IMG/VR virus record: IMGVR_UViG_3300042444_000090
Coordinates: 1-61,111 of that record
Strand: one strand, 5' to 3'
Length of the DNA stretch: 61,111 nt
Origin: a virus
Taxonomy: Duplodnaviria; Caudoviricetes
The notes under the pieces are model-generated. The model was given only the letters and a program-made list of their open reading frames with translations. It did no database searches and had not been told where the DNA came from. Made by a program: the position numbers and the translations under genes. Within the stretch, counting starts at the first letter, position 1, and each line of letters opens with the position of its first letter. Positions 34,793-45,200 of this stretch are shown in pieces.

Positions 34793-34821
34793 AGTATTGC
34801 CCATCCCCTGCCTGCGGTCAA
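34793..34821 (-). promoter_or_regulatory. Early promoter P1 (near-leaderless)
   Basis: TTGACC-17-AATACT; ATG only 8 nt after the -10; CCCAT half site. Confidence 0.7.
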
Positions 34822-34867
34822 TATCTATTCTTAAAGAAATTTTACTCTGTTAAATGCCGATTTTGGC

Positions 34868-34901
34868 AAAAAATTGGGGGAGAGACTTTCGCCTCTCCCC
34901 C
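34868..34901 (-). terminator. Rho-independent terminator closing the late operon
   Basis: GGGGGAGAGGC-GAAA-GTCTCTCCCCC followed by AATTTTTT. Confidence 0.8.
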
Positions 34902-34941
34902 TTTGCGCCTCACCAGCGCAATGCCCAATTGCCCGTGCTTA

Positions 34942-35220
34942 TTAAGCGTCAGGCTGCACTACTTGCAAGTCTGGATTTGCGTTCTCCTCGCTCGCCTGCT
35001 GAGCCTGCTCGTCGGTTTGCTCGGCAGCGCCCTTCGCGTTTATCTTTTCAAGCAACGCCACAGCGACCATCAAGCGCATGGAATGCAGCTTGGTCTGCAG
35101 CAGAATGTCTTGAAAGACTGCTTCAGGGGTTATTTCGTCCATGTTGATTTGTCCCAAAACAGCTTGGACAAGCTGATCTGGCGTTTGTGGCTGTTCGTTG
35201 GTTTGGTTTTCTTCGCTCAT
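34942..35220 (-). CDS. Acidic/Gln-rich hypothetical protein
   Basis: 92-aa ORF, ATGA coupling. Confidence 0.6.
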   Translation of the reverse strand: MSEENQTNEQPQTPDQLVQAVLGQINMDEITPEAVFQDILLQTKLHSMRLMVAVALLEKINAKGAAEQTDEQAQQASEENANPDLQVVQPDA

Positions 35221-35486
35221 GTTTCGGGGTTTTCTTGTTCAGAAGGTGCTGGCTCAGAAGGTGCTGGCTCAGAAATTTCTTGAACAATGTTTGACTGAGA
35301 AGCTGCCTGAACCCCCTGCGCTATCATGTTACGAGAGTATTCGCGCAAACGCTTGCTTCTTTCCTGCATCTCAACAAACTCTTTACGCATTCCTTCATGG
35401 AGCGCCTCAAGTTCTTCTGGAGGAACAGGTGTGGGTGCTGGAATTTCTTCTAGCGGTATTTGTTGGAACGGAATTTCTTCGCTCAT
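35217..35486 (-). CDS. Acidic hypothetical protein
   Basis: 89 aa; tandem 15-bp SEPAP repeat. Confidence 0.6.
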   Translation of the reverse strand: MSEEIPFQQIPLEEIPAPTPVPPEELEALHEGMRKEFVEMQERSKRLREYSRNMIAQGVQAASQSNIVQEISEPAPSEPAPSEQENPET

Positions 35487-35497
35487 AATGTTAGTGT

Positions 35498-35761
35498 TTA
35501 TTTTTCTAGGGAATCTCGCTCAACAAGCATCGCCGTAGCCAATTCATACGCTTTGCGGGATACAGCTTCATCCGAATAGCCGTCCTTGAAAATACCAGCA
35601 AGCAAGCCCTGCATTGCCATTCCCGCGAGCCAATCGCGGATAGCCATGCCACTGTTCGGCCTGATAGCTGGAATTTTCCCGTCTCCCGCGAAAGCGTTGA
35701 CAGGGAATGCTGGATGGTTGTTAAGACGAGCCATATCTATTGATGTAGTTGATGCGTTCAT
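35498..35761 (-). CDS. Conserved phage small protein
   Basis: PAFP..GMAIRDWLAGMAMQGLL..AYELATAML motif. Confidence 0.75.
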   Translation of the reverse strand: MNASTTSIDMARLNNHPAFPVNAFAGDGKIPAIRPNSGMAIRDWLAGMAMQGLLAGIFKDGYSDEAVSRKAYELATAMLVERDSLEK

Positions 35762-35815
35762 AAATTTATTTATAGGTTTTGACGCTATGCTTTTTAAGGC
35801 ATTAGCGCAAGAAAA

Positions 35816-35889
35816 TAGCGGGGAGAGGATTTGAACCTCTGACCTTCAGGTTATGGGCCTGACGAGCTACCAGACTGCTCCACCCCGCA
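35816..35889 (-). tRNA. tRNA-Met(CAT), initiator (fMet) type
   Basis: Cloverleaf TGCGGGG..GAGC AGTCTGGTA GCTC..TCAGG CCCATAA CCTGA..GTTCAAAT..CCCCGCT A; 1:72 mismatch, A11:U24; no encoded CCA. Confidence 0.93.
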
Positions 35890-35895
35890 AAGTTG

Positions 35896-36045
35896 TTATT
35901 TAGCGCGTTTTCTTGCAGCTTTCTTTGCTTCACGTTGTACCGAATAGGCAATAGCAAGAGCCTGTTTCTTGGGCTTTCCTGACTTCAGTTCAGCCTTGAG
36001 ATTTCGGGTGAAGCAGTTCTGCGAGGCGCATTTTCGGATAGGCAT
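35896..36045 (-). CDS. Small basic conserved phage protein (49 aa, below cutoff)
   Basis: Hand translation MPIRKCASQNCFTRNLKAELKSGKPKKQALAIAYSVQREAKKAARKRAK. Confidence 0.7.
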   Translation of the reverse strand: MPIRKCASQNCFTRNLKAELKSGKPKKQALAIAYSVQREAKKAARKRAK

Positions 36046-36046
36046 A

Positions 36047-36229
36047 TTAAACCTCCACACCTACGGCTTCTGCCAGTTTATCGATGTTCCCGTTGTCTAG
36101 CTCGTAGGCCAAAGTAGTGACCTCGGTTTCATCGGTTGTTTTCGGATCGTAATAGATCTCGCCGCCATTGTACGGGACTGCCTCCCAACCATCGGGTTTC
36201 TCGTCCCATTCTGAAAGCAGGATGTCCAT
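36047..36229 (-). CDS. Small acidic protein
   Basis: 60 aa, TAATG-coupled to the giant gene. Confidence 0.6.
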   Translation of the reverse strand: MDILLSEWDEKPDGWEAVPYNGGEIYYDPKTTDETEVTTLAYELDNGNIDKLAEAVGVEV

Positions 36230-39200
36230 TAAGGTATCTTAATCTCTGGAAGAGGGGTTTTCAACATCGAACCTACAACGTCATTGTCGCTTACAGCCTT
36301 CCCCTTTTTGGCATTGGCTACAAGCGTTTTATGCTGTTTTTCGTATTTCGGGAACAGCTTCCTAAGATGTGTCGGAGTTTTAATCAGGAAGTTGTTGCCA
36401 TTGGCAGGGCCAATCATCATCCACGGGTAGGAAGGATGGATCTTAAAGTTGGGTTTCTTCAAAAACGCATCTCGCATCTTCTTCTCCGCTGGAGTCATGG
36501 CCGCTTCCTGCTTTGGATTGTTGCCAAAGTATAGAGCAAAAGCCTCAGGATTTGAAGATAGCTGAATTACGGCCACGGCTTGCCCCGTTGTGGCATTGAT
36601 CATGTCTTCAGAATTCTGCAAGGCATTCACTACATTGGGAAGATCGGGAATACCAGAAACTGACTTAGTCGCTTCTCCTCTTGCCGTAAATGAGTAGCCC
36701 AAAAATTCTTGCAGGAAGTTTTTGTTCGATCCCAACTTCAATAAGCGCTTAAACCATGCTTTATTTTTATGCGCGTTGTATACCTTGAGCGCTTCTTTTT
36801 TGGCAGTAGCCATTAGTTTGGGATCATTCTTAGCAACGCGATTCTTGATCGGAGTTAGCGCCCTGTTGAATGCAATGATTGCGTCTTCTTCAGGCGTATT
36901 CTCAGGAGCGGGAATCGGCTTTTCTCCCTTTGCTGCGCGTATCCTGTTCTTCGCCCCGCGCCTTGTAGCGGCTTTGATCTTTTGCGCCCTTAGGTTTCCA
37001 ATCTCCAAAAGGACATGAGCCAGATCTTTTACCCAAGGCTCCAGTTTCCCTGCCTTGTCAAAGGCATCAACTTCTTTGATGTAATCAGTCCCGAAAGCAA
37101 TGTTGGATCGGTGAGCATCATCCGCCATGATTTGCACGATGTGGTATCCATCGTCTACGTAGGGTAGCCTGTTACGCATTGCATTCACTGGCGCAAGCCC
37201 AAGGTTGCCCCAAACGATCTTATATAGAACGCCATCTGGCCCCATTACGGTTTCCTGATTGGACTTGAGGAATTCGTGCATCGGCCCACCCATGTCCTTG
37301 CCAAGGGTGTGATGCCTGTCTGCCTGCACCATCCCAACGCGCTTGCCGCTGATGTCGCTCAGATCTTTGACAACAGGATTAACTACGCGAGTAGGATCTA
37401 TTTTTACAAGGATCTCAGTTCCAGTATCGTCAATCAGGGAAGCGTAGAAAAATCCACGGGCAGGAACCTTCTTCGGAAGTTTGACTACTCCTGTCTTTGT
37501 AATTGTGAAGTCAGCAACTGGAGGATTTTTGCGCTTTGGAAGCATTAAAGGCATTTCCCCTTCTTCAGGCGGCTCAATCTGGCGCGAGATAAATCCGCCG
37601 CCTTCCATTTCGGTCACGTCATTGAACTCAGGGTTCAGCATTTCCGCTATTGCTTTTGCTTCGTCACGTTCTGCCTGTTCCTGTGTTTTTCCCATCGTGC
37701 GTTGATACAGCAGATCCATTGTCTCAGGTTGGATGTCTACAAAGTCAGACAGCACTTCGGCAGCATTGAGAACATCGTTGTTTGCTGAATAGCCGGGGTT
37801 GTATCCTTCTGGAAATGTTCCTGCAGGAGGATGCACTGCGGACATAACATTCGATATATCGACCAATACATCGTCTATTGGCCGCTCCATTCCTTTCGGA
37901 AAGTTCTTTTTCAAGACGTTAAACGGATCGACACGGGAGTCTGTTTTCTTATCCAAGGCAACAATGTCAGGAAGCGATGCGGCAAGATCTGAAAACAGAT
38001 CCATCATATAGCTCATTGCTGTCTTGTTTAGTTCAATGGACTTTGTCAATTCAGCCGATCTTTCTTCGGCATATGGCATTGGAATTTCTCCGCGATTAAG
38101 TTTTTCCAGAAAGTTCTTGTATATACGTTGCAATGTGGACGGCTCAAAATCGTCCAATATTCTGCGAGCAATCGTTGTCAGGTGGAAAGACCTGTCGAAA
38201 CCACCAGAAAATCCTCCACCAAGCGGAGTGTTTACTAAGTCCATAGCATCTATCTCAAAACGATCTTTTCGGAGCAACACGTCATCTTCAGGAAGATCGG
38301 GATCTCTTTCGTAGCGCCTGCTCGGCATGAATTCAGGCTGCGGCCCCGCGCTCGGATCATTTTCGTCTGTCAGACGATCAATTGAATCGACCCACTCAAT
38401 CCATTGCTGCTCGCCATAGCGGCTCTTCATCAGGCTCACAATGGCTTCCTTATTATAGCCGTATTCGATAGCTTTTGTGCCGTTGGCAAAGTTAATGACC
38501 CATCGGGTATTCAAAGAATCGTCCAATAGGCGCTTGCTAGACGGAAGCGTATCAAAATAGGCAGGAGTCGCCTCTTGGCGCATTTCTTCTGCATCTACTT
38601 GCTCTTCTAATGATGGAATAAGCGACTCAAAGCCATTGATACGGAGGGTATTTTCCCAAGCGCCAGCCTTATATTTCGGCCTGTCGGTTCCAACAATGGG
38701 GATTTGAATTTCTTCAAACTGAGCCATTGGCAGATTGTTTTTTTCAAACATCGCCTGCAATTCGGCCTGTGCCTGCTCAAATGTCTTTAGTGGCGGCGGC
38801 ATTAGCAATTTTGAGTCTATTGCCGTATCACCCTCAAAATATAGCTCAGGAGAGAATGCCCCCGTGCCGTCAGCGCCGGGTACAATTCGGATTCTGGCAA
38901 GCCAACTGCCCTTCTTGTCGTTTAGCTCTCCACTGAATCGGACAAATGAAGACGGCTCGCGCTGCGGCATAAACTGAGGCTGGCCCTCTTGTTCAATGCG
39001 AGCAACGGCTTCTGGAGAAAGATCAACTCTCCACATTGGAACAATGCCCTCAATTAGCTGTTTTTGAAAATCTAAAGCCTCTTCAACGGTGTCAAAGCGA
39101 GGACTGATCGGCTTCATGCTATCGTCTCGACTAACCCAAAACTGCTTGTTCGTCTTATTCCATTCGCTTCTGAGTCTAGTGTCAGTAGCCTGCATTCCAT

Positions 39201-42200
39201 ATTCAGGAACCCTTAGAAAGGTATCAACAGCCTTAGCTCCGTAGGGTTTCATGTATTTCCCAATGTCAGAAGGTTGGACTATATCGTAGTAGCCCTTCAT
39301 TCCTTCTCCGCCAATCGTCATGTCCGCTTCGGTAATGCTTTGCTGGTTGCCTGTTGCGTTTTCTATAATTTGAGAGGCCATTTTTTTGCCAACGATTTCG
39401 TTGAGCTTAACTTCAGCGGGACGATTTCCTTCTGCAGCTTCTCCGCGAACCTCTTCTAAAATGTCATTTATCCGCCCTTCTCCACCAATAACAACCCCAT
39501 CGCTTTTACGGACAATGGCCTTGCCAATCATTCCCGGCGTTTGAAGAACATCAACATCTTCTCCCGGTTCTCCTGATTGATCATAGAGCGGATCTCCCTT
39601 GTAGAAGAACACATCTATTTTGTTTTCGCCCGTCTGGTAATAGCTGATGCCGTCAATAATTTGACGCATCATATCCTGATAGCGCTCAACTTGGGTGACG
39701 CCTTTCGTCCATCCAATCCACTCAATGCCATTCGCGGCTACTGGTTTATTAGGAATAGCCTGTATCGCTTGCAACGCTTCGGGGCTGCTATACCCGTAAG
39801 CGTCTTTATAACGATTAGCTCTCTCAACTGCCGCATCAAATTCTTCTCTGCGAATTGCCTCATCAGCGCTTACAGCTTTCTCTAACACTCGTTTGAAAAG
39901 TTGCGTTCCCCAATCGCGCTTGAACGGCATATCGGGAATTCCCGCAAAATCGCCATCTTCGGCTTCCTGCTTTAGAACGGCATCTTCCACAAGGTTTGCG
40001 GCCATTTGGCCTATGGTCATCTTTTGAAGATCACCAGAATATGGATCCATCGCTTCTGTTTCCGTAGTGTCTTCAAGCATTTGTTTCACGGCTTTTTTGA
40101 TTGCTTCGGCTTCCATGCTGTCAGCCTGCATTCTTAGTTCGTGATATGGATCGCTTGTATCCATCAACGGGCTAGATTCGATATCACGCTGAACTTGTTC
40201 GATGGTTTTTTTGCCAGCCTCTCGGCTTTGCTTTCCAAGCAGCGATACGTAAATGTTCTCTAGTCTCCATCTGCTTAGTGTATCTATCAATTTAACTGGA
40301 TCTTCTTCACGCCAACCGTAGTCGCGACCTTTTTGCGCTCTGTCCGATTGGAACTCTTCAATCATTATGCCCAAGCGGCCATTTTCATCGTAACGGTATT
40401 TGTACCTGACATGACCCAAATAGCCGGGGATTTGCTTATAATGTCCTGAACGAAATTCTTTTAGCGGCTTTCCCTCGCGATTCGTGCGCGGAGTCATGGT
40501 CAAAACCATTTCATAATATCCATCTCCACCAGCAAGCGTAAGTGATCCAGTATTATATCGATTTCCTCCATCAACAATTAACAATTCTGGTCTATTCGCT
40601 TTGATATGCTCCATCAAAAGATCCTTACTGACTTTGCCCCCGCCCTGAGTAGCGAGCTTATTAATTACATTAATGGCATCGCTGAACAGAACTTCATCTT
40701 CCCTGATTTTATTAGGGGAATTCCAATTGACCCTAACCTTTACGCCTTCGGTAGCCCGTGAACGTGCCGCTGCTTCTGCTATGGCTTTTTGATCTGCTGG
40801 AACTCTTGCAATGACGGATGTTTTATTATTCTCGTCAGTTTCCGTGACAATATACTCTCCAAGCATGGCCTTGGCTTGCTCTGGCGTCACATACTTACCC
40901 TGAATTTTGCTATTTAGCGTCCTTTCAAGCTGACTATAGAAGCCCCGCTCGCTTGTTGGTTCTTTCATTTCCCTGCGCGGCATGAATGTCGGCAAGCTGT
41001 TCGTGTTTACGGCATCAACAAGCGCTGGTGTGATCGGGAATATCCAGCCTTCATCGGCATCTATGTAGTCGATATTTTCCTGTTTCTGAGCCTCTCCAAC
41101 AGCTTTCTCAAGCGTCTTGTACTCGGCTACAGCTTGGTCTGGCATTGTTGGGTCTGCAGGGTCTTTGGGATCTTTCATCCCAACGTATACCAAGTCTCCC
41201 CTGCCCATGTTTTGCGGCTTCGGAATTTGGAATGGAAATACTTTGCTTCCGTATTTTTTTAGGAACTTATTGACCTCATTGACGGCAATTTCATCGTAGT
41301 AAGGCTTGAATTTCAAACCGCCAAAAAATGTCGATCCGCGCTTTGGTTTGATGGTGTTGCTTATCCCGTTTTTGGCATTGTTAAGGATTTCATCTGCCAT
41401 TGACTTCGGAATGATTTTGTCGAGAGCCTTACCTTGGAAATCATAACTCCCCATGCCCGGAGACATCTCAGCAAAAATGACTTCTTTGCTGTTAGGATCG
41501 ACGGTCAAATATGCATAGACCCCACTAGACGGATACAGCAAAACTTGAACCTGTCCCGAATCATCGATGCCTTTATATTCGACCTTTTCAAGAGGAGCCA
41601 TATCGCGCCAGCGCTTGGCTTGGGTTTTTCCGCCTGACCAGTAGACGTATTTTTGTTCGTTCTTAACGGCATCTACAATTTGGTTTTTAATCAAAGCTAA
41701 GCCCCATTCACGGCTCTGACTAAATGGAGCTTCAGGAGGGGCTTCCCTGTTTACTGGAACGGGATCTCCCGCCTCAACACGCAATTTAATGGTCGGTTCA
41801 GGGAGGTTGCTAACATCTAAAACCCCTCCAACCATTGGCAGCTTAGTTCCAGATTGTTTTGCAGACTGTCCCGCAAGAAATCTCTTCATATTGGGATCTG
41901 TTCCATAGCTCCCAAAATATTCGTCTAGATATTGCTCGGCATCTTCGCGTCTATCAAAATCTTGTTTCAAAGTAATGTCAGGGCCGTCATCAACATTTAG
42001 AATCACCTTGTAAGAGTTAGTATACTGGCGATACCCAATTGGATTGCCCTGACCATCTTTTCTGCGAGCGGCCTGATTTCTGTCGCTCTGCATTTCGTGG
42101 ATATGGCTAATCGGAACAAGATGGCTGAATCCAGTTCCTCCATATGCTCGCATTGCAACGTCAGGAGATCTGAAGTCCCAACCCTTATACGTCAAATAAA

Positions 42201-45200
42201 AGTCTGCTTCTTGGCGATTTATGATGTCGTTTTTGACAGCTTCTGCCACAACATGAAGAGGAATTCCAGATTTGGCGTCCCATTCAGCAAATTCAGGATC
42301 AGGCGTGTATATTGTTTTTAGCGCCGATTCGATCTGTGGTATTGTCCGCAGTGTCGGATCAACAATCATGCGGTCACCTACGCGCATATGGGCTATATAG
42401 TACGGATAGCTTTCGTAATGTGTTTCAGTGAATTCTAGACCTTCTGCTCGTCCGCGATTGCTTATTTGAAAGTCTAATGCCTGCTCTCTAGAAAGATTGC
42501 GAGCAACCTTCTCCGCCATTGCTTTTGTATCGTAGTAAGCGCCGACAGGAGCATCTGTATTTGGGAAAACCCTGTCTCCCTGCTCAAAGACAACTTCGTA
42601 TTTTCCTGCTCCAGAAAGCGCGTCTTTTGGCCTTTTCCTGACTGTATACTTTACAACTTCAAGTTTTGGACGGACTTGCAGAATTTTTTCTCTGTAATTT
42701 GTATCACCAAGGATTCGGTATTCGCCGTATTGAGTAGTAGGACGATCCCGATATCCACCAATTGCTTGCGGCCAATATTGTTTAAGACCAAGTTCATTCA
42801 CATTATAAATGCGCTGCGTTGGATCTTTTACCATGCCATTGATGCGCCAGTAAGCCTGAGAACGCTTTTCCTCGGATGCAATTTGCTGATCTAGCTCAAG
42901 AAGATTGATCTCGCTTTCGTCCATTGCCAAATCGCGCTTGCGGACAGCTTCATCCAGCTTACGCATTGCCTTGGCAGTAGCCAAATCTTTGTCCTTTGCA
43001 GCCTCTAGCTCTCTGCTGGCAGCTTCGCGCTCGGCCATATACTCGTCATTGATACGTTGCCAATCCTTGTCAGCAATCTGATCACGTTTAGACTGTATTT
43101 GCTGCGCTCGCTCATCTGCTGCTTCTGCAGTCAGGCGCGACCAACGCTCTGCTTCTTCTACTCCAAAATCATCAATGCCTTGTATGGCTTTCAGAAGCGC
43201 ATACTTATCAAGATTGAATCCCTGATCGGCCAACTCTCCCAACACTTCTGTTTTGATAAATCCGCTAGGTTGGCGAATCCTTGCTCTTTTAAGCGCTGAT
43301 TGGGCCTCTTGCTCAGAAAGATAATATGGGAAACGAGCAACTGCGGGACTAGGACTCCAGATGTTTCCAGCTTCATCATAGATCCCCCAAGATCCAGTGG
43401 CGGGATCTTGATTGACCGTGTAGTTGCCAACTAGGTCGGGAATGCGGTTGCGAGCTTCTTGGTCAAGATTCAAATACTGCGAAAACAAAGTCTCTAATTT
43501 AGAAGCCAAACGCTTGCCTGCAGGGGCCATGTTTTTCCATGAAATGGCGCGTTCTCCAGAATCTTGTCCACCAAGAACGCTAAGCATGAATTTGACGTTA
43601 TTCTGGCGGAGGTACTCCATCAGATCGGCTTTATTCACGTTCTTGCCGTCATTACTCAGCGTATCTATGGCCTCGTTAATTTTGCTCCATTCAATTTCGG
43701 AAGGCTTAATTCCATTTTGCGGATTGTTGATGATAGCTTTAACCTGTTCGATTGTTGCTGATTTGCCTTGAATCTTCTCATCTAGCGCTCCCTCAAGCCT
43801 GCTGTTGAAACCGGGGTACACGCGCTCGTCAATGGTCATTTCCCGCCTTGGCCGCATGGGCATGAACGCAGCAGCTTCTCGGAGATCGCGGAGAGACTGC
43901 AGTTCACTTGTGTAGTCCTGACCGTAGGCTTCAGCAAATTGATCGCCAAGCGACCTCTCTTCGTCTTCAAGAATCCTAAGGCGCTCGCGCTGCTCAGAAG
44001 TCATGCGGAATCCCTCTTTTGGCAAGGTTTCTGGCTGGCGAATACCGCCATCGCGTTGAGGCATAAAGTTGGCTTTTGCCAAGCCATAGGCCACAGGCAT
44101 TTTCGGCAAGGATGTTGGAGCGATTTGCGCGATGTGATCAATGCGGACGGACATAATCGTCCTGTCCATATTCAGATCGCGGGGATCTCCTTTTCTGCGA
44201 GGAACCTTTGTCCGATCAGGATTCGCTCCTTCTGTAGATGTGTCAAATAAGTTAAGAAAATCGTTAAAGACGTTTCTCTTCATGGCCGCTACTTGCGGAT
44301 CTGCATCAAGCGGCTTTGCATTAGGGCCAGCAATTTGTCCGCTTTCGGTATATCCACTGCCGGGCAATCCCTGCTGCCAGTTATTGAGGTAACTCTGAGT
44401 AAACTCGTTCCAGAATTGTTCTTTGCTGCCCTTCCAAGGCATCAAACGCGCAGGCATCCTGTCGCCCCATGCATGAAGTTTATCAAACATTCGACCTACT
44501 GAAATCGCCGTGAAAAGGAAGTTTCCAGCCTTGGACATCATCAATCCAATCGGAACAAGATCATAATACTTCGGTGAAAAGGCTTCATATTCGCCCTTTT
44601 CATTCATCATCGCGGCATAATTGATCAAGTACCTTGATCCATCGTTGCGAACCAACGAGTCATTGATATTTAGAATAACGTCCTTGATGCTTTTCGGTAG
44701 AATTGTTTCGGGCAGGCTTTTAATAGCTTCAACCTGTAAGGGGCTTAGAGTTCCACGATATGTATCGCCGCCTTCTTTGGTAGGATCAAAACGATTGGGA
44801 GCGCCATAGTCAGGGGTATCTAGTGCCTCCTGAATGATTTTATTGCGCTGCTTTAGAATCCGTTTCGCTTCTTTGGGTTGATGGAACTTAGGCGTTACCC
44901 CGTCTGGCTGCATCGCAATCTGCCTTGCGACAATAATCTTGCTGCCTACTGGAATGCCTTGGATGTTAACCTCTGCAGACAGTGGCCCGTATCCATTGCT
45001 TTGCTGTACTCCAGCATCAGTAATATCCCAAGAGCCTTCGTAGACCATTGTCCCTGACAACGCCTGTGGAGCGCCAATCGCTTTTCCATCAGGCCCAATA
45101 ATTTGTGCCTGAACTTCAGTAACTGGCAGCGGACTGTATGTTCCAAACGTCTCTAAAAGCGCTTTGTTTTTGACCAGTTCAGACCGTGTAATTCTAGGAG

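Noticed and set aside
35237-35272. 15-bp tandem repeat (TCAGAAGGTGCTGGC)
   Set aside because: Simple in-frame coding duplication (SEPAP x2)
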